Part shown: positions 1 through 8,889 of the stretch, piece after piece
How positions within the stretch are numbered: the first letter of the stretch is position 1
Layout of the letters: each line of letters opens with the position of its first letter
IMG/VR virus record: IMGVR_UViG_3300028797_000014
Coordinates: 1,951-65,950 of that record
Length of the DNA: 64,000 bases
Source of the DNA: a virus
Taxonomy: Duplodnaviria; Caudoviricetes
Reading direction: 5' to 3' (one strand)
The notes under the pieces: model-generated
Seen by the model: only the letters and a program-made list of their open reading frames with translations
Databases searched by the model: none
What the model was told of the DNA's origin: nothing
Program-made: the position numbers and the translations under genes

Positions 1-661
1 TCTTCACGGTCGGCTCCGTATTTATGGAGAATATCGAATTGTTCTCGTAATTGCTGTTTATACGCTGCGCTACATTCTTGTAGTCGTCCAGCTGGGGGTA
101 CCTTGAACGCAGCATCTTCTTTAGGGAACCGTCGGAAACGTCGCAGAGGTGCATGTCCTTCCTTACTGAATCGATAGAGATATTCAGAAATTCCAGGTCA
201 TGTAAATTCAATGACTTCGTTTCCTCTCCTTCTATATTATTATTAAATTTAGATGGTGTAGTAGGGGTATTAGATATATTACATACATTAATGGACAAAC
301 TCGTATCTTCTGGAACATTTAGTATCAAATCCACTACGTCTCTGTTGACTACGAAACAGCGTGACTTCGGATCCCTACAGTTATACCTGACGTCGTTGGA
401 AACGATAGCCATCATGCCTATGGACAGCGCAGTCTTTACAATCCTGGAAGCCTTCCTGTGATAGCCGAACAGCTTCGTCATCCACGGACCGCTGACGCTA
501 AGATGGACAGTACGTATCTTGTTCTTCGGGTAATACCTGTACGTCTCGGCCAGCAGCCTAAGGCCTTCCAACTGCCCTTTCCATTCACGCCCGAGCATAG
601 CCTTGAGCGTTTCGATATCCCTGGGATAATTTCCGAATATTTCCTTTGTAAGTTCTCTCAT
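1..661 (-). CDS. Hypothetical protein running off the left edge (not in ORF track); possibly replication-related
   Basis: Hand translation from ATG at 661 (ATGA overlap with the stop of 658..843) is open to base 1: MRELTKEIFGNYPRDIETLKAMLGREWKGQLEGLRLLAETYRYYPKNK... Confidence 0.7.
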   Translation of the reverse strand, partial: MRELTKEIFGNYPRDIETLKAMLGREWKGQLEGLRLLAETYRYYPKNKIRTVHLSVSGPWMTKLFGYHRKASRIVKTALSIGMMAIVSNDVRYNCRDPKSRCFVVNRDVVDLILNVPEDTSLSINVCNISNTPTTPSKFNNNIEGEETKSLNLHDLEFLNISIDSVRKDMHLCDVSDGSLKKMLRSRYPQLDDYKNVAQRINSNYENNSIFSINTEPTVK

Positions 662-843
662 ATATTATTTATGACCAGATATTTCACGAGTTTGCCGTCC
701 CTTCTCCTGGCTATGAAATAGGCCTGGTCCATGACAATCTGCGAAACGTGAGTTTCGACGATTTCCATTCCCACGGACAGCTTCCTCTCGTAGGCCTTGT
801 TGAGGTCCCTTATAGACTTAACGTATACCTTCTTCATCTTCAT
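658..843 (-). CDS. Hypothetical protein, 61 aa, near-leaderless early gene
   Basis: ORF directly downstream of a TTGACG-N17-TATATT promoter and coupled to the next gene. Confidence 0.65.
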   Translation of the reverse strand: MKMKKVYVKSIRDLNKAYERKLSVGMEIVETHVSQIVMDQAYFIARRRDGKLVKYLVINNI

Positions 844-849
844 GGACGT

Positions 850-878
850 AATATAGCAATAATCCGCCGAACCGTCAA
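850..878 (-). promoter_or_regulatory. Sigma70-like early promoter TTGACG-N17-TATATT
   Basis: -35 at 873-878, -10 at 850-855, 17-nt spacer, 6 nt upstream of the ATG at 843. Confidence 0.7.
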
Positions 879-953
879 CCCCCGGTGAATATTCAGACTA
901 TTTAGCCGCTACCGTTTATGCAAGATTTAATTTGCTAAATTTATATATAATAT

Positions 954-1559
954 ATGAAGAACTTCGTAACGATAGACATAGAGGGAGATGCTCTGAGCAG
1001 GGACATGAACCAGAAGCTGTTTCCTAACCCGCCACATTACGACCCGGAAACCCGTATATGGTGTGTAAGCATGTATAACGGTTTCAGAACCGTGACATAC
1101 GTATGCAAGCTGCCTAACGAACCGAGATGTATACGTCCAGGCATATATACCAAGGCATATCACGAACTGAAGACCAGGATTCCATACGACATGGACGGTC
1201 ACCATATAACCGGATTCGAAACTTACACGGGTTTCCTGGCAAACTTATACTGCATGTTAAACAGGGCTTACCAGTCAGGGATAAAGGTATTCTTCAGGGG
1301 ATACGGGAAATACGACTACGACTATGATACTTTGCTCAGAATCTTCACCAGGAACGATATTCCGACGGACGTACTGGAATGTATGGTTAACTGGAACAAG
1401 GTCTCCAGGAATTACGTATGGAAGAATACGGCGGCACAGGTGAAGACTGGCCAGTGGATATCGAACCAGCAGTACATGGAGAACGGCATACGGCATAATA
1501 TTCAAGACGTAATACAGCTTTACGAAATAATAGACAGAGCAATCAACGACGAGGAATAG
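954..1559 (+). CDS. Stand-alone DEDD/DnaQ-like 3'-5' exonuclease
   Basis: ExoI-like TIDIEGD at the N-terminus and ExoIII-like HNIQDVIQLYE at the C-terminus. Confidence 0.6.
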   Translation: MKNFVTIDIEGDALSRDMNQKLFPNPPHYDPETRIWCVSMYNGFRTVTYVCKLPNEPRCIRPGIYTKAYHELKTRIPYDMDGHHITGFETYTGFLANLYCMLNRAYQSGIKVFFRGYGKYDYDYDTLLRIFTRNDIPTDVLECMVNWNKVSRNYVWKNTAAQVKTGQWISNQQYMENGIRHNIQDVIQLYEIIDRAINDEE

Positions 1560-1560
1560 T

Positions 1561-1698
1561 ATGAGAACTAACGAACAGATTGAACTTAGTAAGAAACTGA
1601 TCAAGGACATGGACGAACTCGCCTTCCAGTTATGGCTGGAACAGTTCGAAACTACGTATTATACCAAGGAAGAACAAGAAGTTTATGAGAGGGAATGA
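1561..1698 (+). CDS. Small hypothetical protein, 45 aa
   Basis: MRTNEQIELSKKLIKDMDELAFQLW...; tightly packed between neighbouring genes. Confidence 0.5.
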   Translation: MRTNEQIELSKKLIKDMDELAFQLWLEQFETTYYTKEEQEVYERE

Positions 1699-1699
1699 T

Positions 1700-1900
1700 A
1701 TGATTAACAAGGCACTCGCAAAGCTATTCAAGGAATACAAGTTCCAGGAGATTCCACAGCCGGAGACGATATATCGTGTCGAATTCATGGGCTGGGAAGG
1801 ATACCTGGACAGCAAGGAACTGACAGAATTCAAGACGAAGTTGGAATTGATATTTCCGGCTGCGGCTCTCATAGTAGAGGAGGTAAGAGATGAAGAATAA
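1700..1900 (+). CDS. Hypothetical protein
   Basis: ORF 1685..1900, probable start at ATG 1700; operon packing. Confidence 0.55.
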   Translation: MINKALAKLFKEYKFQEIPQPETIYRVEFMGWEGYLDSKELTEFKTKLELIFPAAALIVEEVRDEE

Positions 1901-2162
1901 CGAAATTGACAGACCGTTGAGGGAAGAGATAGCCGAAATCAAGGAGATACTAGAGTCCATGAAGAAGGATATCAAGACCATCAAGGACAATACAGATGTC
2001 GACATTTCGGAAGAGGCATGGAACAAGGTATCCATCAATAACGCAATCATGCCGTATGTGCCTACGCAGGCATGCAGTCTCGATCAGCAGATGGAAGCCA
2101 TGCGCAAGTATAACGAATGGGATAACAAGAACAAGGAATTCAAGTTCAGCTGGGAGAAATAA
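1890..2162 (+). CDS. Hypothetical coiled-coil protein, 90 aa
   Basis: Overlaps with flanking genes at start and stop. Confidence 0.6.
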   Translation: MKNNEIDRPLREEIAEIKEILESMKKDIKTIKDNTDVDISEEAWNKVSINNAIMPYVPTQACSLDQQMEAMRKYNEWDNKNKEFKFSWEK

Positions 2163-3025
2163 TGAATATACTTATAACTAACCAACAACTGTGGCCCATG
2201 AGGGGCTCCGAGAACTGGTGCTATTCTGTAGGTCAGGAACTGGTACGCAGGGGTCACCAGGTGTTTATTTACAGCCCTATGCCTAGGGAAGGAGCCAAGG
2301 CGTTCGCTGATATCGGCATAAAGTTTACCGCATGCGGAGATTTCGACCTTATCCTGGAGAACCATAACGTCCTGCCTCCTACGTGCAAGGGAAGGGTAAT
2401 CATCCATACGTGTCACGGTTCTATCCGAGAGGAGAGACCTATGCCAGGCGTCATAAACGTGGCCGCTACCGACAGGGCTTCGAAGGCTTGGAATCTGGAC
2501 ACGGTCATATATAACGGAATTGACTGCGAAAGGATGAAACCTATCAAGGAACCGAACAAGGAAATACGTAACGTATTGTCACTGTGTTCCTCCAGGGAAG
2601 CCGACAACGTTATTCGTGAAATATGCGGGGAGCTCGGTTATAGCTTCTGGCCTACGTACGGTCAAGAAGTCCTGTCCGTAGAGAATCTCATCAACTGGGC
2701 AGATGTGGTATTCGGTGTAGGTCGTTCGTGCCTCGACGCGATGGCATGCGGGAGACTGGTCATATCGTTCGACTGCCGTCCGTATATCCACATGAATCAC
2801 GGACTCGGATACCTCTACCCGTACATGGTTAAGAACGACCAGACGAATCTTACAGGTCCTCAGAACACATGGACGAAGGAAGAGCTAAAGAAGGAACTTC
2901 TCAAGTACGACACGGCAGACGGTATTCACAACAGGGATTATATCCTCAACTTCAGGAATATCCAGGAAACAGTCAACCGCTACTTATTGATATATGAAGA
3001 AACCAAAGACCTGCAAAGATCCTAA
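2162..3025 (+). CDS. GT-B fold (GT4-like) glycosyltransferase
   Basis: N-terminal MNILIT...GSE...ELVRRGHQV and C-terminal VVFGVGRSCLDAMACGRLVISFD motifs. Confidence 0.8.
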   Translation: MNILITNQQLWPMRGSENWCYSVGQELVRRGHQVFIYSPMPREGAKAFADIGIKFTACGDFDLILENHNVLPPTCKGRVIIHTCHGSIREERPMPGVINVAATDRASKAWNLDTVIYNGIDCERMKPIKEPNKEIRNVLSLCSSREADNVIREICGELGYSFWPTYGQEVLSVENLINWADVVFGVGRSCLDAMACGRLVISFDCRPYIHMNHGLGYLYPYMVKNDQTNLTGPQNTWTKEELKKELLKYDTADGIHNRDYILNFRNIQETVNRYLLIYEETKDLQRS

Positions 3026-3329
3026 AGCCGCGTTCAGGCGTTCCAAGCAATGGCACGACCTGAGGATGAGAACGAAGAAGAAACAGAAATACGACTACGT
3101 TACCGGTTCCCCGCTGACTCCCACGTATAACCTTCACCATATATGCGAGGATCCGGACAAGTATTCCGACATAAGCGACGAGAGTCTGTTCGTAGGGTTG
3201 AATTCGACAAGCCATACCTGCCTGCATTACCTTTGGGGTGACGGAAAGAGGCGATACAACTGGCGGGAGAGAATGGAGCGTCTGAAGGAGCTCTGTGAGC
3301 GAATGGACGAGGTTAACGGAAGCGCGTAG
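2994..3329 (+). CDS. Small HNH-like endonuclease (paralog of 38713..39027)
   Basis: FRRSKQW...DYVTG...NLHH...LNSTSHTCLH pattern. Confidence 0.7.
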   Translation: MKKPKTCKDPKAAFRRSKQWHDLRMRTKKKQKYDYVTGSPLTPTYNLHHICEDPDKYSDISDESLFVGLNSTSHTCLHYLWGDGKRRYNWRERMERLKELCERMDEVNGSA

Positions 3330-3340
3330 CTTCCGTTTCT
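3315..3340 (+). terminator. Probable intrinsic terminator
   Basis: AACGGAAGC-gcgta-GCTTCCGTT stem followed by TCT. Confidence 0.55.
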
Positions 3341-3348
3341 AATTATTA
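3339..3348 (+). promoter_or_regulatory. Module 1-type motif CTAATTATTA (tRNA/terminase operon)
   Basis: Recurrent intergenic motif, 5 nt before the first tRNA. Confidence 0.75.
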
Positions 3349-3353
3349 GCCAT

Positions 3354-3442
3354 GGAAGGCTGGCTGAACGGTGAAAGCGCCGGTTTGCTAAATCGGTCCG
3401 GGAGTACTGCCTCGGATAGTGGTTCGAATCCACTGCCTTCCT
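3354..3442 (+). tRNA. tRNA-Ser(GCT), long variable arm, no encoded CCA
   Basis: Acceptor GGAAGGC/GCCTTCC, loop TT-GCT-AA, T arm AGTGG-TTCGAAT-CCACT. Confidence 0.9.
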
Positions 3443-3446
3443 CTAC

Positions 3447-3519
3447 GGGCTCGCATGAACCAAGGAGGCGACCGTGCTTTGCAAGCATAGTGAGGTGGGT
3501 TCGATTCCCACCGGGTCCA
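3447..3519 (+). tRNA. tRNA-Ala(TGC)
   Basis: Acceptor GGGCTCG/CGGGTCC with G3:U70, loop TT-TGC-AA, discriminator A. Confidence 0.85.
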
Positions 3520-3525
3520 CTACAT

Positions 3526-3599
3526 GGCCAAGTTACCAAACTGGCAAAGGGGTCTGACTAAGGATCAGGTATTTAGAAGTTCGAATCTTCTCTTGGCCA
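3526..3599 (+). tRNA. Atypical tRNA-Leu(AAG) with short variable loop
   Basis: Acceptor GGCCAAG/CTTGGCC, anticodon arm TCTGA-CTAAGGA-TCAGG, 5-nt variable loop TATTT, T arm AGAAG-TTCGAAT-CTTCT. Confidence 0.75.
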
Positions 3600-3606
3600 T
3601 TAAATA

Positions 3607-3680
3607 GCCGTTCAATCCAAATCTGGTGATTGGACTCCGCTGAAACCGGAAGCAGCTTAGTTCGATTCTAAGGGGCGGCA
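3607..3680 (+). tRNA. tRNA-Phe(GAA)
   Basis: Acceptor GCCGTTC/GGGCGGC, loop CT-GAA-AC, T arm CTTAG-TTCGATT-CTAAG. Confidence 0.8.
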
Positions 3681-3695
3681 TAAAGGAGATTTATT

Positions 3696-3893
3696 ATGGC
3701 GACAAAGAAAGTAGTCAAGGAAGAAACCAAGAAACAGCCTGAAGCGAAGCGTGACGGTTCCAAGGACAACGAACTGCTCCTGGCGTGTATCCTCAGGGAA
3801 ATGGAGACCCTCAATAGGGAAATCAAGGATTTGAAGCATTACGCCGCACTGATTTCTAAGCTGAAGGTACTTGAACACGGAGGCGAAGCATGA
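3696..3893 (+). CDS. Small MATKK protein upstream of the terminase (paralog of 52127..52267)
   Basis: RBS AAGGAG; shared MATKK start and 'IL.E...LNR.I' core. Confidence 0.7.
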   Translation: MATKKVVKEETKKQPEAKRDGSKDNELLLACILREMETLNREIKDLKHYAALISKLKVLEHGGEA

Positions 3894-4300
3894 AGATAAG
3901 CGAATGGTGCGAGCAGAATTTCAAACATGTTACGTTCGAGGAATATATCGGCAACCTTAAGGTACCCAAGGTAAACGTCGAGCTTACCTACGGGCTTCTC
4001 TCTACCGAGACAAAGGAAGAGTTCCAGAAACTCGTGTTCCATCTCGCCCCTGTCGGCATAATCGTTGACGAAATATCTACAGAATTCTATGAGGGGAAGA
4101 TTCTGCTTCTCCGTAACATGCTTACGAAGATGGTAATGGAGGAACCCAACCACAAGATGGCCGACAGGTTTCTTACTATCCTGGAACGCAGGGACAAGGC
4201 TCACTGGTCCAAGGACAAGAAGGTTACGGAAATCAAGGCCGAGACTTCTGACAAGTCCGACAGCACCCCGTTCAACATCACGTTCACGGTCAAGGAATAA
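3890..4300 (+). CDS. terS: Putative terminase small subunit
   Basis: Directly before TerL; ILERRDKAHWS motif aligns with IMKRRWKDSYS in 52269..52844. Confidence 0.6.
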   Translation: MKISEWCEQNFKHVTFEEYIGNLKVPKVNVELTYGLLSTETKEEFQKLVFHLAPVGIIVDEISTEFYEGKILLLRNMLTKMVMEEPNHKMADRFLTILERRDKAHWSKDKKVTEIKAETSDKSDSTPFNITFTVKE

Positions 4301-5595
4301 TGAATCTGGAACTGTCCAAATGGCAACAGGAATTTATCAAGAGGTTCGACGACCCTCTTGTTATAGCCTGTACCGCCATCTCCGCGGGAAAGACACGTAT
4401 TCTCGCTACATGGCTCGTACTGCAGTGCCTTCAGAAACCCGGCATACGCGGTATCATAATCGCGCAGAACTACAAAGCCCTTACCAAGGTGCTCATATAC
4501 GAGATACTCGGTTTCGCCGCCCAAATCGGCGTAAACGTAGACTGGAACAAGTCTTCACAGGAACTTCACTTCGACAACGGATCCGTCCTCTTCGGTTATT
4601 CCTCCGAGAATCCTGCATCGCTCCTTGGTCTCTCCGAGATTGCCATCCTCGCGATAGACGAGGCCGCGTACTGTTGCGAAGAAATCTACAATTATGCCAA
4701 GGACCGTATGAGAGGTTCCAAATACCCCTCCATGACCAGGCTCATATCTTCTCCCTCTACGCTCGACAAGGTGATGAACTGGTTCAGCAAGGTAGTTAAG
4801 GAACACCAGGACTGCGTAATACGAGCTACGTATAAGGATAACCCGTTCACGTCAGAAGACTTCAAGAAGGAACTTGAAGAACGTTACGTAATAGGTTCCA
4901 ATTTGTTCAGACAGCAGTGCCTCGGCGAGATATTCGATACAGACATAGCCAGCCAGATTATATTCCGTCACGAGTTCCCCAAGGAGAAATTGAACGAGAC
5001 AGACATGAACTACTTCGGCATGGACGTCGCAGGACTGGGAGCCGACAACGACGCCTACGTTACCGTAGACAAGTACGGCGTGAAGGAACAGAGCGTAAAG
5101 AACATAACCAATACGTTCGAGAAGTCCGGCATCATAGAGGGGATTTACAAGAAATACAATATCCTGGCGGGTAACGCGGATACGACCGGCGGCTATTCCC
5201 TTGGCCTACTCGACGTGCTCAAGACAAAGAGCATAGACATAGGACGTGTCAATTTCGGTCAGAAACCGTTCAACGAGGACCTCTATCCAAACGCCCGTAC
5301 CGAAATGTATATGGAGGCCGCTAAGGCCATTAAAGGCGGTTTCTGGGTCCCGGAAGAGGCAAAGGAAGAGTTCCTCGCCCAGGAGACCACGATTAATTCC
5401 AGGGGCCAGATCGCGCTGGTTCCCAAGGAGCTCATCAAGAAGCAGCTGGGCCATTCTCCCGACCTCTCCGATGCCATATCCCTGGCCATATACGCCATGA
5501 ACCACTGCGACCAGATGCCCGAATACAATGCGAAGAAGGCTCAGGACGTAGCCAACAAGTACCTCAGGTATTTCAATTACTACAACGGAGTATGA
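4300..5595 (+). CDS. terL: Terminase large subunit (module 1), intact
   Basis: Walker A SAGKT, Walker B ILAIDEAAY, nuclease GMDVAG..D and HSPDLSDAISLA. Confidence 0.93.
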   Translation: MNLELSKWQQEFIKRFDDPLVIACTAISAGKTRILATWLVLQCLQKPGIRGIIIAQNYKALTKVLIYEILGFAAQIGVNVDWNKSSQELHFDNGSVLFGYSSENPASLLGLSEIAILAIDEAAYCCEEIYNYAKDRMRGSKYPSMTRLISSPSTLDKVMNWFSKVVKEHQDCVIRATYKDNPFTSEDFKKELEERYVIGSNLFRQQCLGEIFDTDIASQIIFRHEFPKEKLNETDMNYFGMDVAGLGADNDAYVTVDKYGVKEQSVKNITNTFEKSGIIEGIYKKYNILAGNADTTGGYSLGLLDVLKTKSIDIGRVNFGQKPFNEDLYPNARTEMYMEAAKAIKGGFWVPEEAKEEFLAQETTINSRGQIALVPKELIKKQLGHSPDLSDAISLAIYAMNHCDQMPEYNAKKAQDVANKYLRYFNYYNGV

Positions 5596-5834
5596 TAGAC
5601 TGCAGCCATTGTAACGCGCCATGTTGCAGGCACGTGTTCGGACCACTTGACAGGGGAGATGGCGTATGCCGTTTCCTCGATAACGTTTCGAATCGATGCA
5701 CTATATACGAGCACAGGCCGGAAATATGCAATACTGACGTCCTGTACGAGAAATACTTCAGCGACGTGATCACTAGGGAGGAATATGACGCCCTGAATGC
5801 AGCTGCGTGCGAGAAATTGAGGTCTAATTATTAG
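5592..5834 (+). CDS. YkgJ-family cysteine-cluster protein
   Basis: CSHCNAPCC...C.FLD....RCTIYEHRPEICN pattern. Confidence 0.75.
   Translation: MIDCSHCNAPCCRHVFGPLDRGDGVCRFLDNVSNRCTIYEHRPEICNTDVLYEKYFSDVITREEYDALNAAACEKLRSNY
5824..5833 (+). promoter_or_regulatory. Module 1-type motif CTAATTATTA (adaptor/hub operon)
   Basis: Followed by GGAAAG and an RBS before ATG 5855. Confidence 0.75.
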
Positions 5835-5854
5835 GAAAGAATTTAGGAGAGCTT

Positions 5855-6814
5855 ATGGAAGTAAGATCTATTATCAAGGAGGCTACGGTAAGGATTAACC
5901 TGGTGCCTCGCAAACAGGCCGTTCCCGGCGACATCCTCGAAACGGGTTACAGGCTCCTCAAGGGCGTAGTCAACAAGTACAACTACGACAACCTCCTCAA
6001 CTTTACCCAGAATGCCATCGTGGTCGACAACAGCATGATGATTCATCTCTTCGATGAGACGGATTACATGGCCGGTAAGAACAACCTCTACTTCGACACC
6101 GTGGAAAGCCTCGAGGCGTACGAAATCGACGCGGAGGACAAGGAGAACAAGGTATGGGCCATGGTGAAGTCCGACCCTGAAACGTTCTACACGATTACAT
6201 CTGTAGGCACGCCTTCCGGTACGGTTTACGTATGGGTTCCTCACCTCGTGGAAGAAGACAGCTACAACATTTCCAGGCTGCAGCAGATGCAGCTTTACTG
6301 CCGCATGCAGCATGTGCACGTGAAGGATGTAGCCAAGGTAAATTCCCTCTATCTCGTGACCCCGGTAGGAAGACCGTATTTCCAGCATTACGAAATCAAG
6401 TTTATCCCGGCGGATAAATTCGACGACTATACCAACGACGCACGCGTATTCACGGTAGTCCAGAAATCCGAAGGAGAATGGTTCATTAGGTTGAAACCGT
6501 ACCTCGCGGCCATGAAGGAAAGGAAGATCAAGATTAACTACAACGAGTCCATCGATTTCGACCTCGACGACGACCTGTTTATACCGGACAACTACGTCGA
6601 GCTCCTCATCGTCGCGCTTGCTCACAAGCTCGCTATCCAGTATCCCCGTCTCGACGAAGCCCAGATGGCAAGGCTGGAGACAGAAGTAAGGGTCCTGGTC
6701 GACAACGTAAGGACTCCCAAGGCTATCACGAAGATGGTTCTCAGGGACCAGTACGATTACTTCGACAATCACACCGTAACGCAGTCGGAACTCCTCGGCG
6801 GTTACTGGGTATAA
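5855..6814 (+). CDS. Head-tail adaptor (P22 gp4-like)
   Basis: Sits before the gp10-like gene; C-terminal 'IPDNYVELLIVALAHKLAIQY' pattern; paralog of 56309..57193. Confidence 0.65.
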   Translation: MEVRSIIKEATVRINLVPRKQAVPGDILETGYRLLKGVVNKYNYDNLLNFTQNAIVVDNSMMIHLFDETDYMAGKNNLYFDTVESLEAYEIDAEDKENKVWAMVKSDPETFYTITSVGTPSGTVYVWVPHLVEEDSYNISRLQQMQLYCRMQHVHVKDVAKVNSLYLVTPVGRPYFQHYEIKFIPADKFDDYTNDARVFTVVQKSEGEWFIRLKPYLAAMKERKIKINYNESIDFDLDDDLFIPDNYVELLIVALAHKLAIQYPRLDEAQMARLETEVRVLVDNVRTPKAITKMVLRDQYDYFDNHTVTQSELLGGYWV

Positions 6815-6825
6815 GGAGATTATAG

Positions 6826-8553
6826 ATGGCCAACAGTGTCAAACTAGTCACTAATATAGCCGGGTCCATTACGCGTTCCAACCTCGCGAAGGTAGGGCTG
6901 GGTGAATCCGTAAACATGTTCCTCGAGACACAGAACCCGACGGAACATTCCTGTTCTATCCTCATGAGAACCGTGCAGGGCCAGGTAAAGGCCGCAGATA
7001 TTCCTGGAATTTGCCGTGGTATGTACCGTGTTTCCAGGGGTTACGATAATCGTCCGGTGCTGTACGCGGTTTACGGCAACACGCTGTACCTGATAAACGA
7101 AGACAATACATATAGTGCTATAGCCACCATAAGCTCGTACGGTACGGAATGCCACATGTGCGAAACCGGCGGCTACGGTTCCGCTCATCCTCACCTGATC
7201 ATCGTCGACGGGTACAGCGTCTACGCAGTAAATACCGGGCTGTCCGTAGGTGACCAGCAAATCGACTTCAGGTCCATAAAGCTGCCGTTACGAGTAAATA
7301 CTACAGATACGTATATTAGGCCTACCCACTGCGCCTATCTCTACGGCTACCTCATCGTCAACGACGCAGGTACGGACGCGTTCTATACTTCCTACCAGTA
7401 TCCGTTTGAAATCGAGGATTCCCAGCCTGCTTCCTTCTACCAGCTCAGGGCCAACTTCAACACCTGGTGGGCCACTCTCGACGACGAGACGAAGGAACAG
7501 TATATCGCCGGGGAAATTCACGACGGTTACTACGACATGTACAAGGACTTCATTTCCGGTACGGCTGACGATACCCCGGAGAAATATGACGTATTCAGGG
7601 TAGGCACTGTACAGTACGCTACCTACGGGTTCATCACTTATTCTGAATGGTGTCCAGATAATACGGTCGCCCTTTGTTCCAACGGATCCAAGCTCTATAC
7701 GTTCGGTGAGCGTTCCTGGCAGGTATTCAGCTATAACGACGACGTGAACAACCCGTTCAGCTCTCCTGACAACGCGGCCGGTAATATCGGTATCAAGGCG
7801 GCAAATTCGCTCGCGATGCTCGGCAACAACGTATTCTGGCTCGGTTCTTCCGATATAGGAGACAACGGTGTGTTCATGATTTCGGACACGCAGGTCAAGC
7901 GTATTTCCACTCAGGATATCGAACGCGAGATTACCCAGGTTATCAATCCTGAGAACGCTTACAGCTCAATCTGGCAAGAGCATCAGCACGTGTTCTATTC
8001 TATCACGTTCGAGGATTCCAAGAAGACATACGTATACGACGTGAGCGAGGACGCATGGCATTACAGGGCAAGCTACGATACGAGCAACAGGCTCACGTTC
8101 TGGAGATACAACCACGTCACGTTCGCATACGGCAAGCAATACGTCGGTACTAGGGACATCCTCGCCTACATGGACGAGAACAAGTATACCGAACACGACG
8201 GACGCCCGATTCTCAAGATGAGGAAGGGTGGCGTGCTCACGTCCAACGACTGCCCGTTCTATATCGACGCGGCAGAAATTATAGTCAACAACGGCCAGCA
8301 CAGCTTCAACGACCAGTACGACAACCTGGAACTCAACCCCAGGATATCCATACGTTATTCGTGGGACGGTTCTACGTGGTCGGACTACGAAGACTACTAC
8401 CTTGGAAAGATCGGCGCCTACGACTACTCTACGACGGTCTGGCAGCTCGGCATGGGCAAGTATTTCACCCTCGAAATCTCCTCTACCGAACCTGTACCTC
8501 TCTCCATCGAGAACCTCAAGGTTTCGTTCAGCCCGTGTTCCAACTTCATTTAG
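6826..8553 (+). CDS. Packaged DNA stabilization / tail hub protein (P22 gp10-like)
   Basis: ADAFY.S, SEWCPDN, FGERSWQVF, RISTQDIER and C-terminal S.DG.TW...G..G.Y motifs. Confidence 0.8.
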   Translation: MANSVKLVTNIAGSITRSNLAKVGLGESVNMFLETQNPTEHSCSILMRTVQGQVKAADIPGICRGMYRVSRGYDNRPVLYAVYGNTLYLINEDNTYSAIATISSYGTECHMCETGGYGSAHPHLIIVDGYSVYAVNTGLSVGDQQIDFRSIKLPLRVNTTDTYIRPTHCAYLYGYLIVNDAGTDAFYTSYQYPFEIEDSQPASFYQLRANFNTWWATLDDETKEQYIAGEIHDGYYDMYKDFISGTADDTPEKYDVFRVGTVQYATYGFITYSEWCPDNTVALCSNGSKLYTFGERSWQVFSYNDDVNNPFSSPDNAAGNIGIKAANSLAMLGNNVFWLGSSDIGDNGVFMISDTQVKRISTQDIEREITQVINPENAYSSIWQEHQHVFYSITFEDSKKTYVYDVSEDAWHYRASYDTSNRLTFWRYNHVTFAYGKQYVGTRDILAYMDENKYTEHDGRPILKMRKGGVLTSNDCPFYIDAAEIIVNNGQHSFNDQYDNLELNPRISIRYSWDGSTWSDYEDYYLGKIGAYDYSTTVWQLGMGKYFTLEISSTEPVPLSIENLKVSFSPCSNFI

Positions 8554-8562
8554 GGAATAGAC

Positions 8563-8853
8563 ATGATTAAGATTATACGATACGACGAGAGCAACCAGAA
8601 CATAGAGGCCATAAAGGGTCAGTTCGGGCAGGAAGGACAGAAGGACTACTGCATAACCGTACTGAAGAATATCCTCTATGTTGTCGTGTATAACGGCGGA
8701 AAGCTCACCGACGTGAAGATTCCTACCTGTTACGAAGGGTTCCTTCTTACCAGCAAGGGCAGGAGAATTCAGGTTGACGGTACAGTAATTAATGCGGATA
8801 TGGCCAAGGACGAGAATGCCTGGGGCATTCTGGCCATTAAGAAGTGGAATTAA
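8563..8853 (+). CDS. Small tail-associated protein (counterpart of 58815..59114)
   Basis: Same position after the gp10-like gene in both modules. Confidence 0.55.
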   Translation: MIKIIRYDESNQNIEAIKGQFGQEGQKDYCITVLKNILYVVVYNGGKLTDVKIPTCYEGFLLTSKGRRIQVDGTVINADMAKDENAWGILAIKKWN

Positions 8854-8857
8854 AGGA

Positions 8858-8867
8858 CTAATTATTA
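8858..8867 (+). promoter_or_regulatory. Module 1-type motif CTAATTATTA (ejection operon)
   Basis: CTAATTATTAGGAAAG, identical to the 5824 copy, before ATG 8890. Confidence 0.75.
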
Positions 8868-8889
8868 GGAAAGATTAAGGAGATACATA

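Noticed and set aside
3227-3561. ORFs 3227..3433, 3339..3539 and 3352..3561
   Set aside because: They overlap the tRNA cluster.
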